Of a stretch of 64,000 nt of DNA, positions 19,298 to 28,654 are shown in pieces; position 1 is the first letter of the stretch; each line of letters begins with the position of its first letter. The notes below the pieces were generated by a model. The model was not told the DNA's origin, did not search any database, and saw nothing but the letters and a program-made list of their open reading frames with translations. The translations under genes and the position numbers were made by a program. The stretch comes from Gammaproteobacteria bacterium (lineage in GTDB: Bacteria; Pseudomonadota; Gammaproteobacteria; HK1), in the NCBI GenBank assembly GCA_021773645.1, contig JAJFJU010000003.1, forward strand, positions 119,495-183,494, given 5' to 3'.

Positions 19298-20140
19298 ATG
19301 CAACATACGAGCATGCTGGACAAGCACCACAAACTTGAGGCGGTTGGTGCGCCTCTGCTGGCTCCTGACGAGCCGCCTGCTTTTGAGGTTATCAATCCCG
19401 AAGGCAACGCGCCCTATCTGCTGGTTTGTGATCACGCTAGTTCCCGTATTCCTGCCTCGCTTAATCAACTTGGGTTGAATGAAGCGGCCTTGCGTGAGCA
19501 CATTGCCTGGGATATCGGTATTGCCGATGTCGCGCGGCGTCTGGTGGCGCGTTATGACGTCACCTTGGTGCAGTCGGCCTACAGTCGTCTGGTCATCGAT
19601 CTCAATCGCTATCCCAATCATTCCTCGGCAACCCCCGATCTCAGCGGTGGTATTCCCATTCCTGGGAATCTCGATCTTTCCTCGGCAGATGTTTTACACC
19701 GGGCGGATGCAATATTTTGGCCCTACCACAATGCAGTTGCCGCCGCGCTGCAGCGCTTTCTTGCCCGTGGGCGGGTGCCGGCAATCATTTCGTTGCACAG
19801 CTTCACCCCGGAATATCGTGGTTTCCGCCGGCCCTGGCATGTGGGGGTGTTGTGGCATGGGGATGGTCGTATGGCCGCACCGTTACTGGCGGGTCTGGAG
19901 GCAATCCCTGGGCTGTGCGTTGGGGAAAATGAACCCTATTCGGCGAAGAGTCCGCTCGGGTACTGCATGGACGTGCATGGTATGGGTGCGGGCTTTCCGC
20001 ATGTATTGGTGGAAATTCGGCAGGATCAGATTGCCGATAATGAAGGTGCCATCCAATGGGCTGATCGGCTCGGAGCATTGTTTACCAAGATCCTTGCTCA
20101 GCCCGGCCTGCTCAAGGTAGACCATCATGCCGCTGGTTAA
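19298..20140 (+). CDS. N-formylglutamate amidohydrolase family protein
   Basis: The LLVCDHAS motif and the length fit the FGase fold family. ATG at 19298. Confidence 0.75.
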   Translation: MQHTSMLDKHHKLEAVGAPLLAPDEPPAFEVINPEGNAPYLLVCDHASSRIPASLNQLGLNEAALREHIAWDIGIADVARRLVARYDVTLVQSAYSRLVIDLNRYPNHSSATPDLSGGIPIPGNLDLSSADVLHRADAIFWPYHNAVAAALQRFLARGRVPAIISLHSFTPEYRGFRRPWHVGVLWHGDGRMAAPLLAGLEAIPGLCVGENEPYSAKSPLGYCMDVHGMGAGFPHVLVEIRQDQIADNEGAIQWADRLGALFTKILAQPGLLKVDHHAAG

Positions 20141-21266
20141 AAAACCAAGCTTCAGCATTGGGATGGAGGAGGAATACCTGCTGGTGGACCGCGAAACCCG
20201 CGATCTTATCAGTGAGGCACCGCCACAGATGTTCGCCGAGTGTGAGGCGCTGCTAGAAGGGCAGGTGGCGCCGGAATTTCTGCAGTGTCAGATCGAAGTG
20301 GGTACACGCCCTTTTTCCACCATTCAGGAAGTGCGTGCCGATTTGGCCCATTTGCGTTCCACCGTAGCCGGGGTGGCAGAGAAATACGGTCTGGGACTGA
20401 TCGCCGCTTCTACTCATCCTTTTGCCCAATCCGGTGCCCAGAAACACACTCGCAGAGCACGCTACAATTCCCTGGCGCGGGATTTGCAGGAGGTGGCACG
20501 GCGCCTGATGATCAGCGGTATGCACGTGCATGTGGGCATTGAGGATGACGATTTGCGCGTCGATCTCATGAGCCAGACCGCCTACGTGCTGCCGCATCTG
20601 TTGGCGCTCAGCACCTCCTCACCCTTTTGGCAGGGGCGGGAAACCGGATTGATGTCCTACCGGGTAGCGGTATGGGATGAGATGCCGCGTACTGGTTTGC
20701 CGGAACGTTTTTCCAGCTATTCTGAATACCAGCGGCATATTGCGGTGCTGGTGAATGCCGGTGTTATCGAAGACGCCACCATGCTGTGGTGGGATGTGCG
20801 TGTGAGTGCGCGTTATCCCACCTTGGAGATGCGTATCAGTGATGTGTGTACACGCTTGGATGACGCCATTTGCATTGCTTCGCTCTATCGCTGCTGGTTA
20901 CGTATGCTTTATCGTCTGCGCGTGTCGAACCAGCGTTGGCGGGAGTACGCCGCGTTGTTGATCAATGAAAATCGCTGGCGCGCCCACCGTTATGGCCTGG
21001 ACAAGGGACTAATCGATTTCGGTCGTGGCGATATCGTGCCTTACGACAGATTGCTCGATGAAATGCTGTCGCTGATTCGTGAGGATGCCGAGGTATTAGA
21101 TTGCGTTGCCGAGGTGGGGCATGCCCGTGATATCGTGCGCCGAGGTACCAGCGCCCATAGCCAATTGCGCCACTATCACACCGTACTGGGTGACGGTGGA
21201 ACACCGGAAGATGCTATGAAGGCGGTGGTCGATGCGCTCATTGAGGAAACCGTGCATGGGCTGTAG
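20127..21266 (+). CDS. Carboxylate-amine ligase (YbdK / GCS2 family)
   Basis: FSIGMEEEYLLVD, HVHVG and the WWDVR motif are present. It overlaps the upstream gene by 14 nt. Confidence 0.88.
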   Translation: MPLVKKPSFSIGMEEEYLLVDRETRDLISEAPPQMFAECEALLEGQVAPEFLQCQIEVGTRPFSTIQEVRADLAHLRSTVAGVAEKYGLGLIAASTHPFAQSGAQKHTRRARYNSLARDLQEVARRLMISGMHVHVGIEDDDLRVDLMSQTAYVLPHLLALSTSSPFWQGRETGLMSYRVAVWDEMPRTGLPERFSSYSEYQRHIAVLVNAGVIEDATMLWWDVRVSARYPTLEMRISDVCTRLDDAICIASLYRCWLRMLYRLRVSNQRWREYAALLINENRWRAHRYGLDKGLIDFGRGDIVPYDRLLDEMLSLIREDAEVLDCVAEVGHARDIVRRGTSAHSQLRHYHTVLGDGGTPEDAMKAVVDALIEETVHGL

Positions 21267-21284
21267 GAGCCCTATTTAACCCCA

Positions 21285-21445
21285 GGAGTCTGTCGGGTTT
21301 AGGGCTGCCCTGCTGCGGAAAAGCCATTTTGGCCCTATTTACCGGTCCTTTTCGTCTAATAGAACGGCTATTATCCTCAAACGACTGAAAAATCTGTCCC
21401 AAAATGGCTTCCCCTCGCTACGGATGCCTAAACCCGACAGACTCC
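21285..21445 (+). mobile_element. MITE-like element, family A, copy 2 (161 bp)
   Basis: It has perfect 19-bp terminal inverted repeats GGAGTCTGTCGGGTTTAGG / CCTAAACCCGACAGACTCC. It lies between the ybdK-like gene and gcdH. Confidence 0.8.
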
Positions 21446-21462
21446 TAGCGAAGGACACTGCT

Positions 21463-22665
21463 ATGCCTGACTTTTCTGCCCATGCCACTGCCGGCACCTC
21501 CTTCAACTGGCAAGATCCTTTGTTGCTGGAGGAACAGCTAGAGGAAGACGAGCGTCTGGTACGAGATAGCGTGCGCAGCTACTGCCAGGACAAACTCATG
21601 CCGCGCATCATCGAGGCCAATCGGGAAGAGCGCTTCGACCCGGAAATCATGACCGAGATGGGGGCCATGGGCATGCTAGGTGCCACCCTTGAAGGGTACG
21701 GTTGTCCCGGGGTGAGTTATGTCGCCTATGGCCTTATTGCCCGCGAGGTGGAGATGGTCGACAGCAGCTACCGTTCGGCGCTCAGTGTGCAGTCTAGCCT
21801 GGTGATGTATCCCATCTATGCCTATGGCAGTGAGGCCCAGAAAGAGCGCTTTTTGCCGGCCCTGGCCAGCGGTGAATCCATTGGTTGCTTTGGCCTTACC
21901 GAGCCTGATGCGGGTTCGGACCCAGCCAGCATGCGTACCCGTGCGCGCAAGGTGGAAGGGGGTTTTCGCATCTCCGGGGCCAAGACCTGGATCACCAATG
22001 CCCCGTATGCCGATGTGTTGCTGGTATGGGCCAAGGGGGATGACGGGCGGGTGCGTGGCTTTGTGCTGGAAAAGGGCATGGAGGGGCTGAGCACACCACC
22101 TATCAAGGGCAAGTTTTCTCTGCGTGCCTCTAGTACCGGGCAGATCCTGATGGACGAAGTCTTCGTGCCGGATGAGAATTTATTAGCTGGCATCACCGGC
22201 CTTGGCGGGCCCTTTGGTGCGCTCACCCGTGCTCGCTACGGTATCTCCTGGGGAGCGCTGGGCGCCGCCGAGTTCTGCTGGTTCGCGGCACGCAATTACG
22301 CCCTTGAGCGTCACCAGTTTGGCCGCCCGCTGGCCGCCAACCAACTGGTGCAGAAAAAATTAGCGGACATGCAGACCGAGATTGCTCTGGGCCTTCAGGC
22401 CTGCCTGCGTCTCGGGCGTTTATTCGATCAGGGCCAAGTGTTTCCGGAGATGGTTTCCATGCTCAAACGCAACAATGTGGGCAAAGCACTAACCATTGCC
22501 CGCGAGGCGCGGGATGTTCACGGGGGCAATGGCGTATCAGAGGAATTTCACGTGATTCGCCATGTCATGAATCTGGAAGCGGTGAATACCTACGAGGGTA
22601 CCCACGACATCCATGCCCTGATTCTTGGTCGCGCTCAGACCGGTATCGCCGCCTTTGGGGATTAG
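21463..22665 (+). CDS. gcdH: Glutaryl-CoA dehydrogenase-like acyl-CoA dehydrogenase
   Basis: The N-terminus [14 protein letters not shown] is typical of GcdH, and the rest has ACAD architecture. The ATG at 21463 follows AAGGA. The longer ORF from 21424 starts inside repeat A2. Confidence 0.85.
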   Translation: MPDFSAHATAGTSFNWQDPLLLEEQLEEDERLVRDSVRSYCQDKLMPRIIEANREERFDPEIMTEMGAMGMLGATLEGYGCPGVSYVAYGLIAREVEMVDSSYRSALSVQSSLVMYPIYAYGSEAQKERFLPALASGESIGCFGLTEPDAGSDPASMRTRARKVEGGFRISGAKTWITNAPYADVLLVWAKGDDGRVRGFVLEKGMEGLSTPPIKGKFSLRASSTGQILMDEVFVPDENLLAGITGLGGPFGALTRARYGISWGALGAAEFCWFAARNYALERHQFGRPLAANQLVQKKLADMQTEIALGLQACLRLGRLFDQGQVFPEMVSMLKRNNVGKALTIAREARDVHGGNGVSEEFHVIRHVMNLEAVNTYEGTHDIHALILGRAQTGIAAFGD

Positions 22666-22678
22666 TGCGGCATTTGGG

Positions 22679-23131
22679 CTAATCCACGGCCTCCGGGCGG
22701 GGTGGCACGTAGAGCAGGGCCTCCCCCTCTAGCACTATCGTATCGCCTACGCAGCAGGTCGTTTCCAGGGTGACATGCTGCCGGCGTGGTTTAAGTGCGG
22801 CGACCGTGGCGCGGGTGACCACGGTGTCGCCTATATGTACGGGGGCGCGGAAGGAGAGGTTCTGGCTGAGATAGATGCAGCCTGGTCCGGGCAAACGTGT
22901 GCCAAATACCGCCGAGATAAAACTGGCGGTGAGCATGCCGTGAGCAATGCGTTCTCCAAAGCGGGTCCGAGCGGCAAACTCGGCATCCAGATGAACCGGG
23001 TTGGTATCTCCTGAGATGCCGGAGAAAAGCACAATATCCGCCTCGGTGACGGTTTTTGCATACACCGCAGTCATGCCCACCTCAAGGTCTTCAAAGTAGT
23101 AGCCGTGCTGCTCGGCATGAATGTTCATCAC
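22679..23131 (-). CDS. MaoC-like (R)-specific enoyl-CoA hydratase
   Basis: A 150-aa hot-dog fold protein with GDTNPVHLD. Confidence 0.85.
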   Translation of the reverse strand: MMNIHAEQHGYYFEDLEVGMTAVYAKTVTEADIVLFSGISGDTNPVHLDAEFAARTRFGERIAHGMLTASFISAVFGTRLPGPGCIYLSQNLSFRAPVHIGDTVVTRATVAALKPRRQHVTLETTCCVGDTIVLEGEALLYVPPRPEAVD

Positions 23132-23149
23132 AATTTCTCCTTCAGTTTT

Positions 23150-23575
23150 CTATTCATCCAGTTTCGTGCGCAGGTGTGTGGCGAGGCCAGCAATGGCGTC
23201 CATATCTCCCGGGGAAATAGGCCAGCCGAGGCCAAGCCCATCGCCCTCGGACCTAGGGATGACGTGGAGATGGAAGTGAAAGACAGTCTGACCGGCGGCG
23301 GATTCGTTGCACTGGAGCAAGTTGATGCCATCCGGGGCCAGGGTATCGCGTACCGCATTGGCCACCTTCTGAGCGCTCAGAGCGGTAGCGGCCATGGCTT
23401 CGGGGGACACATCGTGAATGCTGCGGGCATGTTCTTTGGGGATGATCAGCGCATGGCCCGCGCTGGCGGGGTTGATGTCCATGAAGGCGAAGGTGTGTTC
23501 GTCCTCGTAGATCCGCTGGGAGGGAATCTCGCCGGCGATGATGCGACAGAACAGACAGTCCTTATCGGTGTACAT
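23150..23575 (-). CDS. HIT family protein
   Basis: CLFCRII, with the histidine triad HFHLHVIP. Confidence 0.9.
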   Translation of the reverse strand: MYTDKDCLFCRIIAGEIPSQRIYEDEHTFAFMDINPASAGHALIIPKEHARSIHDVSPEAMAATALSAQKVANAVRDTLAPDGINLLQCNESAAGQTVFHFHLHVIPRSEGDGLGLGWPISPGDMDAIAGLATHLRTKLDE

Positions 23576-23604
23576 GGGATTTGACCTCGTGTTGTATCAA
23601 GCGC

Positions 23605-24432
23605 TTAGGCTGGTACTTCTACATCGTCCGGATAGTAATCCTGCCATGGCTCTCCAGTGTCGCCGAAGACCAGAAAATGGGGGTTGAGCAGGGAGTCCTT
23701 GGTGTTATAACGCAGCGGCCGCAAAGCGGTATCCGTAAGTTTTCCTCCGGCACCTTCTACCACTGCTTGGGCAGCGGCCGTATCCCATTCCGAGGTGAGG
23801 CCAAAGCGTGGATAGACGTCCATCTGGCCCTCCGCCACCAGGCAGGATTTGAGTGAGCTGCCCACCGCAATGACCTCGGTCTTTCCTAGATTTTCGATAA
23901 AGGATTTGGTCAGGGCATTGCCGTAGGAACGGCTGCCGGCGACTCGTACTGGCGAGGGTTTGCTTGCCTGAGCATGGATGCGTTCGGGTGTACCCCCAAG
24001 CGCCTGCTTCCAGGCACCCAGACCACGGGCGGCGTAATAGCAGTCACCAGTCACCGGGGCCAGCACCACTCCGAGTACCGATTGGTGGTTATCTATGAGG
24101 GCGATATTGACGGTGAACTCGCCGTTGCGTTTGACGAATTCTCGGGTGCCGTCCAGCGGGTCTACCAACCAGTAGCAGCTCCAGCTGGAACGCTCTGCAA
24201 AGGGAATGCTGGTGGATTCTTCCGACAGTACCGGTATCTCCGGCGTGAGCGCCGCCAATCCCTGCAAAATGGTGTCATGGGCGGCCAGATCCGCGGCGGT
24301 GAGTGGCGACTTGTCGCCTTTATGCTGTACCGCAAAATCGGTTTCGTAGATCTCCATGATGCGCTCGCTGGCTTCAGTGGCAATGGCGATGATGGCATCT
24401 ATTAGTTGCTGGTTAAGCTGGGGTGTGCTCAT
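23605..24432 (-). CDS. cysQ: 3'(2'),5'-bisphosphate nucleotidase
   Basis: Inositol-monophosphatase-fold motifs are present (LSEE, WLVDPLDGT, GSSLK). The size and context are typical of CysQ. Confidence 0.85.
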   Translation of the reverse strand: MSTPQLNQQLIDAIIAIATEASERIMEIYETDFAVQHKGDKSPLTAADLAAHDTILQGLAALTPEIPVLSEESTSIPFAERSSWSCYWLVDPLDGTREFVKRNGEFTVNIALIDNHQSVLGVVLAPVTGDCYYAARGLGAWKQALGGTPERIHAQASKPSPVRVAGSRSYGNALTKSFIENLGKTEVIAVGSSLKSCLVAEGQMDVYPRFGLTSEWDTAAAQAVVEGAGGKLTDTALRPLRYNTKDSLLNPHFLVFGDTGEPWQDYYPDDVEVPA

Positions 24433-24467
24433 ACGTATTCCATTTGTGTGTCGCTGCGATTAACTTC

Positions 24468-24608
24468 AGGGTGCCTCTAAAAACTCAAGTTTCCAAGCAA
24501 GACAAGGCAAGTTAAAAAAGTTGAGTGCAGCATATGGTTTATATGTAAGCGAAACTTTTTGCGAGAAACGCCGTATTGCGACGAAAATGTTGTTTTTAGA
24601 GGTACCCT
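24468..24608. repeat. Long-range inverted repeat in the divergent cysQ/HAD intergenic region
   Basis: AGGGTGCCTCTAAAAAC (24468-24484) pairs with GTTTTTAGAGGTACCCT (24592-24608) at 16 of 17 positions. The 107-bp spacer is AT-rich. Confidence 0.6.
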
Positions 24609-24615
24609 TTATCCC

Positions 24616-25272
24616 ATGCTCCCCTGGGAAGACATTGATACGGTGCTGCTCGATATGGACGGCACACTGCTGGATCTGTATTTCGACAATCATTTCTGGC
24701 GCGAGCATATCCCGCGCCGCTATGCGGAGATCCATGGCGTGGACCTGGATGATGTCCGTGAGGATCTCTACGCGCGCATGACCCGCATCGAGGGCACCAT
24801 GGATTGGTATTGCCTCGACTACTGGAGTCGGGAGCTGGGCCTTGATGTCGCCCTGTTGAAGGAGGAGGTGGATCACCTTATTGCGGTGCATCCTTTCGTG
24901 CCCGAATTTCTGGATGGGCTCAAGGCCGCGGGTAAGCGCCGTGTGCTGGTGACCAATGCCCATAACCGTAGTCTGGCCTTGAAGATGGAGCGTACCGATC
25001 TTGCGGGCTGCTTGGACGCGGTGATCTGCGCCCACGATCTCGGCCTGCCCAAGGAAGACGCCGGGTTCTGGAGCCGTCTGCAAACACGCGAGCCCTTCGA
25101 GCCAGCCCGGACTCTGCTGATGGATGACAATCTGGATATATTACGCTCAGCTCGTGGTTACGGGATTGCCCATCTATTGGGGATTTATCAGCCAGACAGC
25201 CAGGCCGCCCCGCGAGACGGCGCCGAGTTTGAGCTGGTGCGCAGTTTTCGTGACTTGCTGCCTTCACCATAG
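24616..25272 (+). CDS. HAD-family nucleotidase (YrfG-like)
   Basis: DTVLLDMDGTLLDLYFDNHFW is very close to the N-terminus of the E. coli GMP/IMP nucleotidase. ATG at 24616. Confidence 0.8.
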   Translation: MLPWEDIDTVLLDMDGTLLDLYFDNHFWREHIPRRYAEIHGVDLDDVREDLYARMTRIEGTMDWYCLDYWSRELGLDVALLKEEVDHLIAVHPFVPEFLDGLKAAGKRRVLVTNAHNRSLALKMERTDLAGCLDAVICAHDLGLPKEDAGFWSRLQTREPFEPARTLLMDDNLDILRSARGYGIAHLLGIYQPDSQAAPRDGAEFELVRSFRDLLPSP

Positions 25273-25325
25273 CGGCCAAATTGTTTATATGTCCCGGATT
25301 CAGCCATTGCTCCATCCGGAATACC

Positions 25326-25346
25326 GGCGGACATGGTCGGCCCTAC
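25326..25346. repeat. Single REP unit, family C
   Basis: GGCGGACATGGTCGGCCCTAC lies in the intergenic region after the HAD gene. Confidence 0.4.
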
Positions 25347-25390
25347 CAAAAAAGGCCAGGACGGCGATACCTTCCCCGCCTTTTAGCCTG

Positions 25391-26071
25391 CTAGCGGTGC
25401 TCGAAGATTAGGTCCCACACCCCATCACCCGGGCTGCGTCCCCGGCCTTCAAATTTGGAGGGCAGGCGTTCGCCGCCGTCGGGGGCGAAGCCGCCTGTCG
25501 CGGTGCAATTGGTCAATCCCGTTTCACCTTCCAGGACTTCGAGCATGTGCAGGGCATAGGGCTCGTAATCGGTAGCTAAGTGCAAGGTGCCACCGCTGCG
25601 GAGCTTGGCTACCGCCCGGGCGGCAAACTTAGGTTGGATGATGCGCCGTTTATGGTGGCGCTTTTTAGGCCAGGGATCGGGAAAAAACACCATGATGCCG
25701 TCGAGGCTGCCATCGGTGATGCGATGGCCGAGGACGCTGCGGGCATCATGGCGGATGATGCGTACATTACTGAGCTGCTCACGTTGCAAGCGATTCAGTA
25801 GGCTGCCCACGCCGGGAATATAGACCTCAATGCCAAGATAGTCTCTTTCGGGATGAGCCTTGGCGAAATGGGCCAGATTGGCCCCCATGCCAAAGCCGAT
25901 TTCCACGTAGCGGGGTGCGCGGCGGCCAAATACCCAGTCGAGATCCAGTGGGCCGTCGCCGTTGATGCCATAACGCCTCCACAGTTTGGCCAAGGCATGT
26001 TTCTGGCCGCTGGTGAGGTGGCCGCTGGTACGGCCGTAGGTTTTGATCGAGGTATCTGTGGAGAGATTCAT
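25391..26071 (-). CDS. trmB: tRNA (guanine-N7)-methyltransferase
   Basis: EIGFGMG and FPDPWPKKRHHKRR motifs are present. Confidence 0.92.
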   Translation of the reverse strand: MNLSTDTSIKTYGRTSGHLTSGQKHALAKLWRRYGINGDGPLDLDWVFGRRAPRYVEIGFGMGANLAHFAKAHPERDYLGIEVYIPGVGSLLNRLQREQLSNVRIIRHDARSVLGHRITDGSLDGIMVFFPDPWPKKRHHKRRIIQPKFAARAVAKLRSGGTLHLATDYEPYALHMLEVLEGETGLTNCTATGGFAPDGGERLPSKFEGRGRSPGDGVWDLIFEHR

Positions 26072-26090
26072 GGACTAAATCATGCGCCAT

Positions 26091-26124
26091 AAAAAAAGCC
26101 CGAAGGCCGGTTGGGCCTTCGGGC
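26091..26124 (-). terminator. Intrinsic terminator after thiG
   Basis: On the minus strand, GCCCGAAGGCC-caacc-GGCCTTCGGGC is followed by TTTTTTT. Confidence 0.75.
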
Positions 26125-26152
26125 ACTGATAGGCGTGTGCCTAATAGGAGGG

Positions 26153-26956
26153 TTAAATAATGAGGCCGTCTATGGGCGACGAGGCACTGGCGAAGCGCTT
26201 ACGTGGCATGCGTCCGGCAAGAAAGGCCTCACGTCCCGCTTCGATGGCCTTTTTCATCGCCGAGGCCATCAGAATGGGATTTTTCGCCCCAGCGATGGCG
26301 GTGTTCATCAGCACGCCGTCGCAGCCAAGTTCCATGGCCACTGCAGCATCAGATGCAGTACCCACGCCGGCATCGACGATAATCGGCACGGTGGCATTTT
26401 CAACGATGGTGAGGATGTTATAGGGATTGCGGATGCCGAGCCCGGAGCCGATGGGGGCCGCCAGCGGCATCACCGCGACGCAGCCGATGTTTTCCAGCCG
26501 TTTGGCGATGAGCGGGTCGTCGCTGGTGTAGACCATCACCTTGAAACCATCGGCAACCAGAGTCTCCGCCGCCTCCAGGGTGGCGGGGATATCCGGGAAC
26601 AGGGTTTGTTCGTCACCCAGCACTTCCAGCTTCACCAAATCATGGCCATCGAGCAGTTCTCGGGCCAAGCGGCAGGTGCGCACCGCGGTTTTGGCATCAA
26701 AGCAGCCGGCGGTATTGGGCAGGATGGTGTAGCGAGCCGGCGGGATGACATCCAGCAGATTCGGCTCGTCCGGGTTCTGGCCAATATTGGTGCGGCGTAG
26801 CGCCACGGTGACGATTTTGGCCCCGCTGGCCTCAATGGCAAGGCGGCTCTCTTCCATATCCTTGTATTTACCGGTACCCACCAGTAGGCGGGTGTCGTAA
26901 TCGATGCCGGCAATATTAAGGGGGTCGGTGGTGTTTTTTGCGGCTGCTTCGCTCAT
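26153..26956 (-). CDS. thiG: Thiazole synthase
   Basis: A typical ThiG sequence ([26 protein letters not shown]). Confidence 0.96.
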   Translation of the reverse strand: MSEAAAKNTTDPLNIAGIDYDTRLLVGTGKYKDMEESRLAIEASGAKIVTVALRRTNIGQNPDEPNLLDVIPPARYTILPNTAGCFDAKTAVRTCRLARELLDGHDLVKLEVLGDEQTLFPDIPATLEAAETLVADGFKVMVYTSDDPLIAKRLENIGCVAVMPLAAPIGSGLGIRNPYNILTIVENATVPIIVDAGVGTASDAAVAMELGCDGVLMNTAIAGAKNPILMASAMKKAIEAGREAFLAGRMPRKRFASASSPIDGLII

Positions 26957-27039
26957 GGCTCAATTGTTGGTCCGGATTGAAATGAAAAATAGAAAGGCCC
27001 AGGGCGATGCGCGAGGGCATAAAAACTGGATAAGGGCTC

Positions 27040-27100
27040 GGCGGACATGGTCCGCCCTACGGCATTTTATCGAGAATCACGTAGGGCAGACCATGTCCGC
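27040..27100. repeat. REP doublet (REPIN-like hairpin), family C
   Basis: GGCGGACATGGTCCGCCCTACG faces CGTAGGGCAGACCATGTCCGC across an 18-nt loop. It lies inside the thiS-thiG spacer. Confidence 0.7.
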
Positions 27101-27157
27101 TGTTCGAGTTGCCGGCAATCTGGGTTCACGAATAGATAAAGGTTTCCCCAAGCGGGA

Positions 27158-27358
27158 TTAACCGCCGCCGACGGCGTGGATGATTTCCACCTGGTCACCG
27201 TTTTGCAGGCAGTGTTTTTCGTACAGGCTGCGGGGAATGATTTCTTCATTGATTTCAACTGCCAAGCGTTTGTCTGCAACCCCAAGGTCAGTAATCAATT
27301 GCATGACGGAGGCCTTTTCAGGCAGTGCTTTTGATTCGCCATTTAGTTGGATATTCAT
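27158..27358 (-). CDS. thiS: Sulfur carrier protein ThiS
   Basis: A 66-aa beta-grasp protein ending in ..HAVGGG, located upstream of thiG. Confidence 0.88.
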   Translation of the reverse strand: MNIQLNGESKALPEKASVMQLITDLGVADKRLAVEINEEIIPRSLYEKHCLQNGDQVEIIHAVGGG

Positions 27359-27491
27359 TCCGCTAGACTAAGGGCGCAAAGGGTGAAAATCAACTGCCCC
27401 CTGCGGCCTAGGTAGCAGCATCTTTTGATTCCCCTGTAACCGACGCGGGATTGGACGCCACCTCTTAAGGTGCATTAGAATTGCCCGGCTC

Positions 27492-27565
27492 GCGGGTGTC
27501 GTATAATGGTATTACCTTAGCTTCCCATGCTAAAGACGACGGTTCGATTCCGTTCACCCGCTCCA
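27492..27565 (+). tRNA. tRNA-Gly (anticodon CCC)
   Basis: GCGGGTGTCGTATAATGGTATTACCTTAGCTTCCCATGCTAAAG..GGTTCGATTCC..CACCCGCTCCA, with anticodon loop TTCCCAT. Confidence 0.93.
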
Positions 27566-27631
27566 TACATCTATTGCGATAAATCTGGTTAGGCGTTGTC
27601 TGCCGGAGTCCATCGCTAACGAGGTTTGTGC

Positions 27632-28654
27632 ATGGCGATTCGTTTGGGAATCATGGGTTTTGGACGGGTGGGAAAAAATATTTTCCGCCTGGCCTGTCAG
27701 TGCGACGATATTGAAGTTGTCGCTATCAGTGATCGTGGTTCATGTGAATCCATGGCCTATCTGCTGGAATACGACACCATCTACGGGCGTTTCCCCGGCG
27801 AGATCGAGCTCAAGGGCAAGTACCTTGAGGCTGGTGGCCAACGGTCGCGCCTGCTGCGCGGAGCGGTGCCTGAGGATATGCCCTGGGAGGCCTATGGCGC
27901 CGATATCATTATTGATTCCACGGGTGCCTTCCGTTTGCGCAAGGAACTGGAAGGCCACCTGCATGCCGGTGCCCAGCGGGTCATTCTCACTCGGCCGGCG
28001 CTGGACGAAATCGATCGAACCATCATTCATGGTCTCAATGAAGATACCCTCACTGCTGAAGACCTTTTGGTTTCCTGTGGTAGCAGCACCACCCACGTAC
28101 TTGGCCTGTTGATTAAGGTTCTTGATGAGGCGGTGGGTGTGGAGCAGGCCATCATGACCACGGTGCATGCCTATTCCAGTGATCAGCGGCTCTCGGATTC
28201 GGTCACTCCCAATCTGCGCCAGAGCCGAAGTGCGGCGGAGAACCTGATTCCCAACTGGACGTGGTCGCCGGGCATGATCGAAAGCATCATGCCGCACCTC
28301 AAGGGCAAGATTAGCGGCATGGCCATCAACGTACCGGTTCCCAATGGCTCCAATGTTGATCTGAATACCCAGCTGAAAAGGGAAGTGAGCCGCGACGAGG
28401 TTAACGAGATCGTGCGTGCGGCGGCCGAGGGTCCATTGAAGCGCTATCTGGAATACGTTAGCGACCCCATAGTGTCCAGCGATATCGTTGGTAATGCGCA
28501 TTCGGCAATCTTTGATTCCATGGCGACCATTGCCTTGCCGGGTGGACTGGTGAAGACCGTGAGTTGGTATGACAACGGTTGGGGTTATGCCGGTCGTATC
28601 TTGGAGACGGCACGCATTCTGGGCGGCTTCGTTGCCGGGGAGGAAGGGCAATGA
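27632..28654 (+). CDS. GAPDH-like paralog lacking the catalytic cysteine
   Basis: The Rossmann N-terminus (GIMGFGRVGKN) and the GAPDH C-domain (MTTVHAY, WYDNGWGY) are present. The active-site block reads SCGSSTTH where SNASCTTN is expected, STGAAKAV is replaced by NWTWSPGM, and MRVP by INVP. The ATG at 27632 follows GAGG. Confidence 0.85.
   Translation: MAIRLGIMGFGRVGKNIFRLACQCDDIEVVAISDRGSCESMAYLLEYDTIYGRFPGEIELKGKYLEAGGQRSRLLRGAVPEDMPWEAYGADIIIDSTGAFRLRKELEGHLHAGAQRVILTRPALDEIDRTIIHGLNEDTLTAEDLLVSCGSSTTHVLGLLIKVLDEAVGVEQAIMTTVHAYSSDQRLSDSVTPNLRQSRSAAENLIPNWTWSPGMIESIMPHLKGKISGMAINVPVPNGSNVDLNTQLKREVSRDEVNEIVRAAAEGPLKRYLEYVSDPIVSSDIVGNAHSAIFDSMATIALPGGLVKTVSWYDNGWGYAGRILETARILGGFVAGEEGQ

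Noticed and set aside
27359-27491. A possible TPP riboswitch in the thiS 5' region.
   Set aside because: The reverse-complement leader lacks the CTGAGA and ACCTGATCTGGATAATGCCAGCG-type thi-box elements. This should still be confirmed with cmsearch (RF00059).
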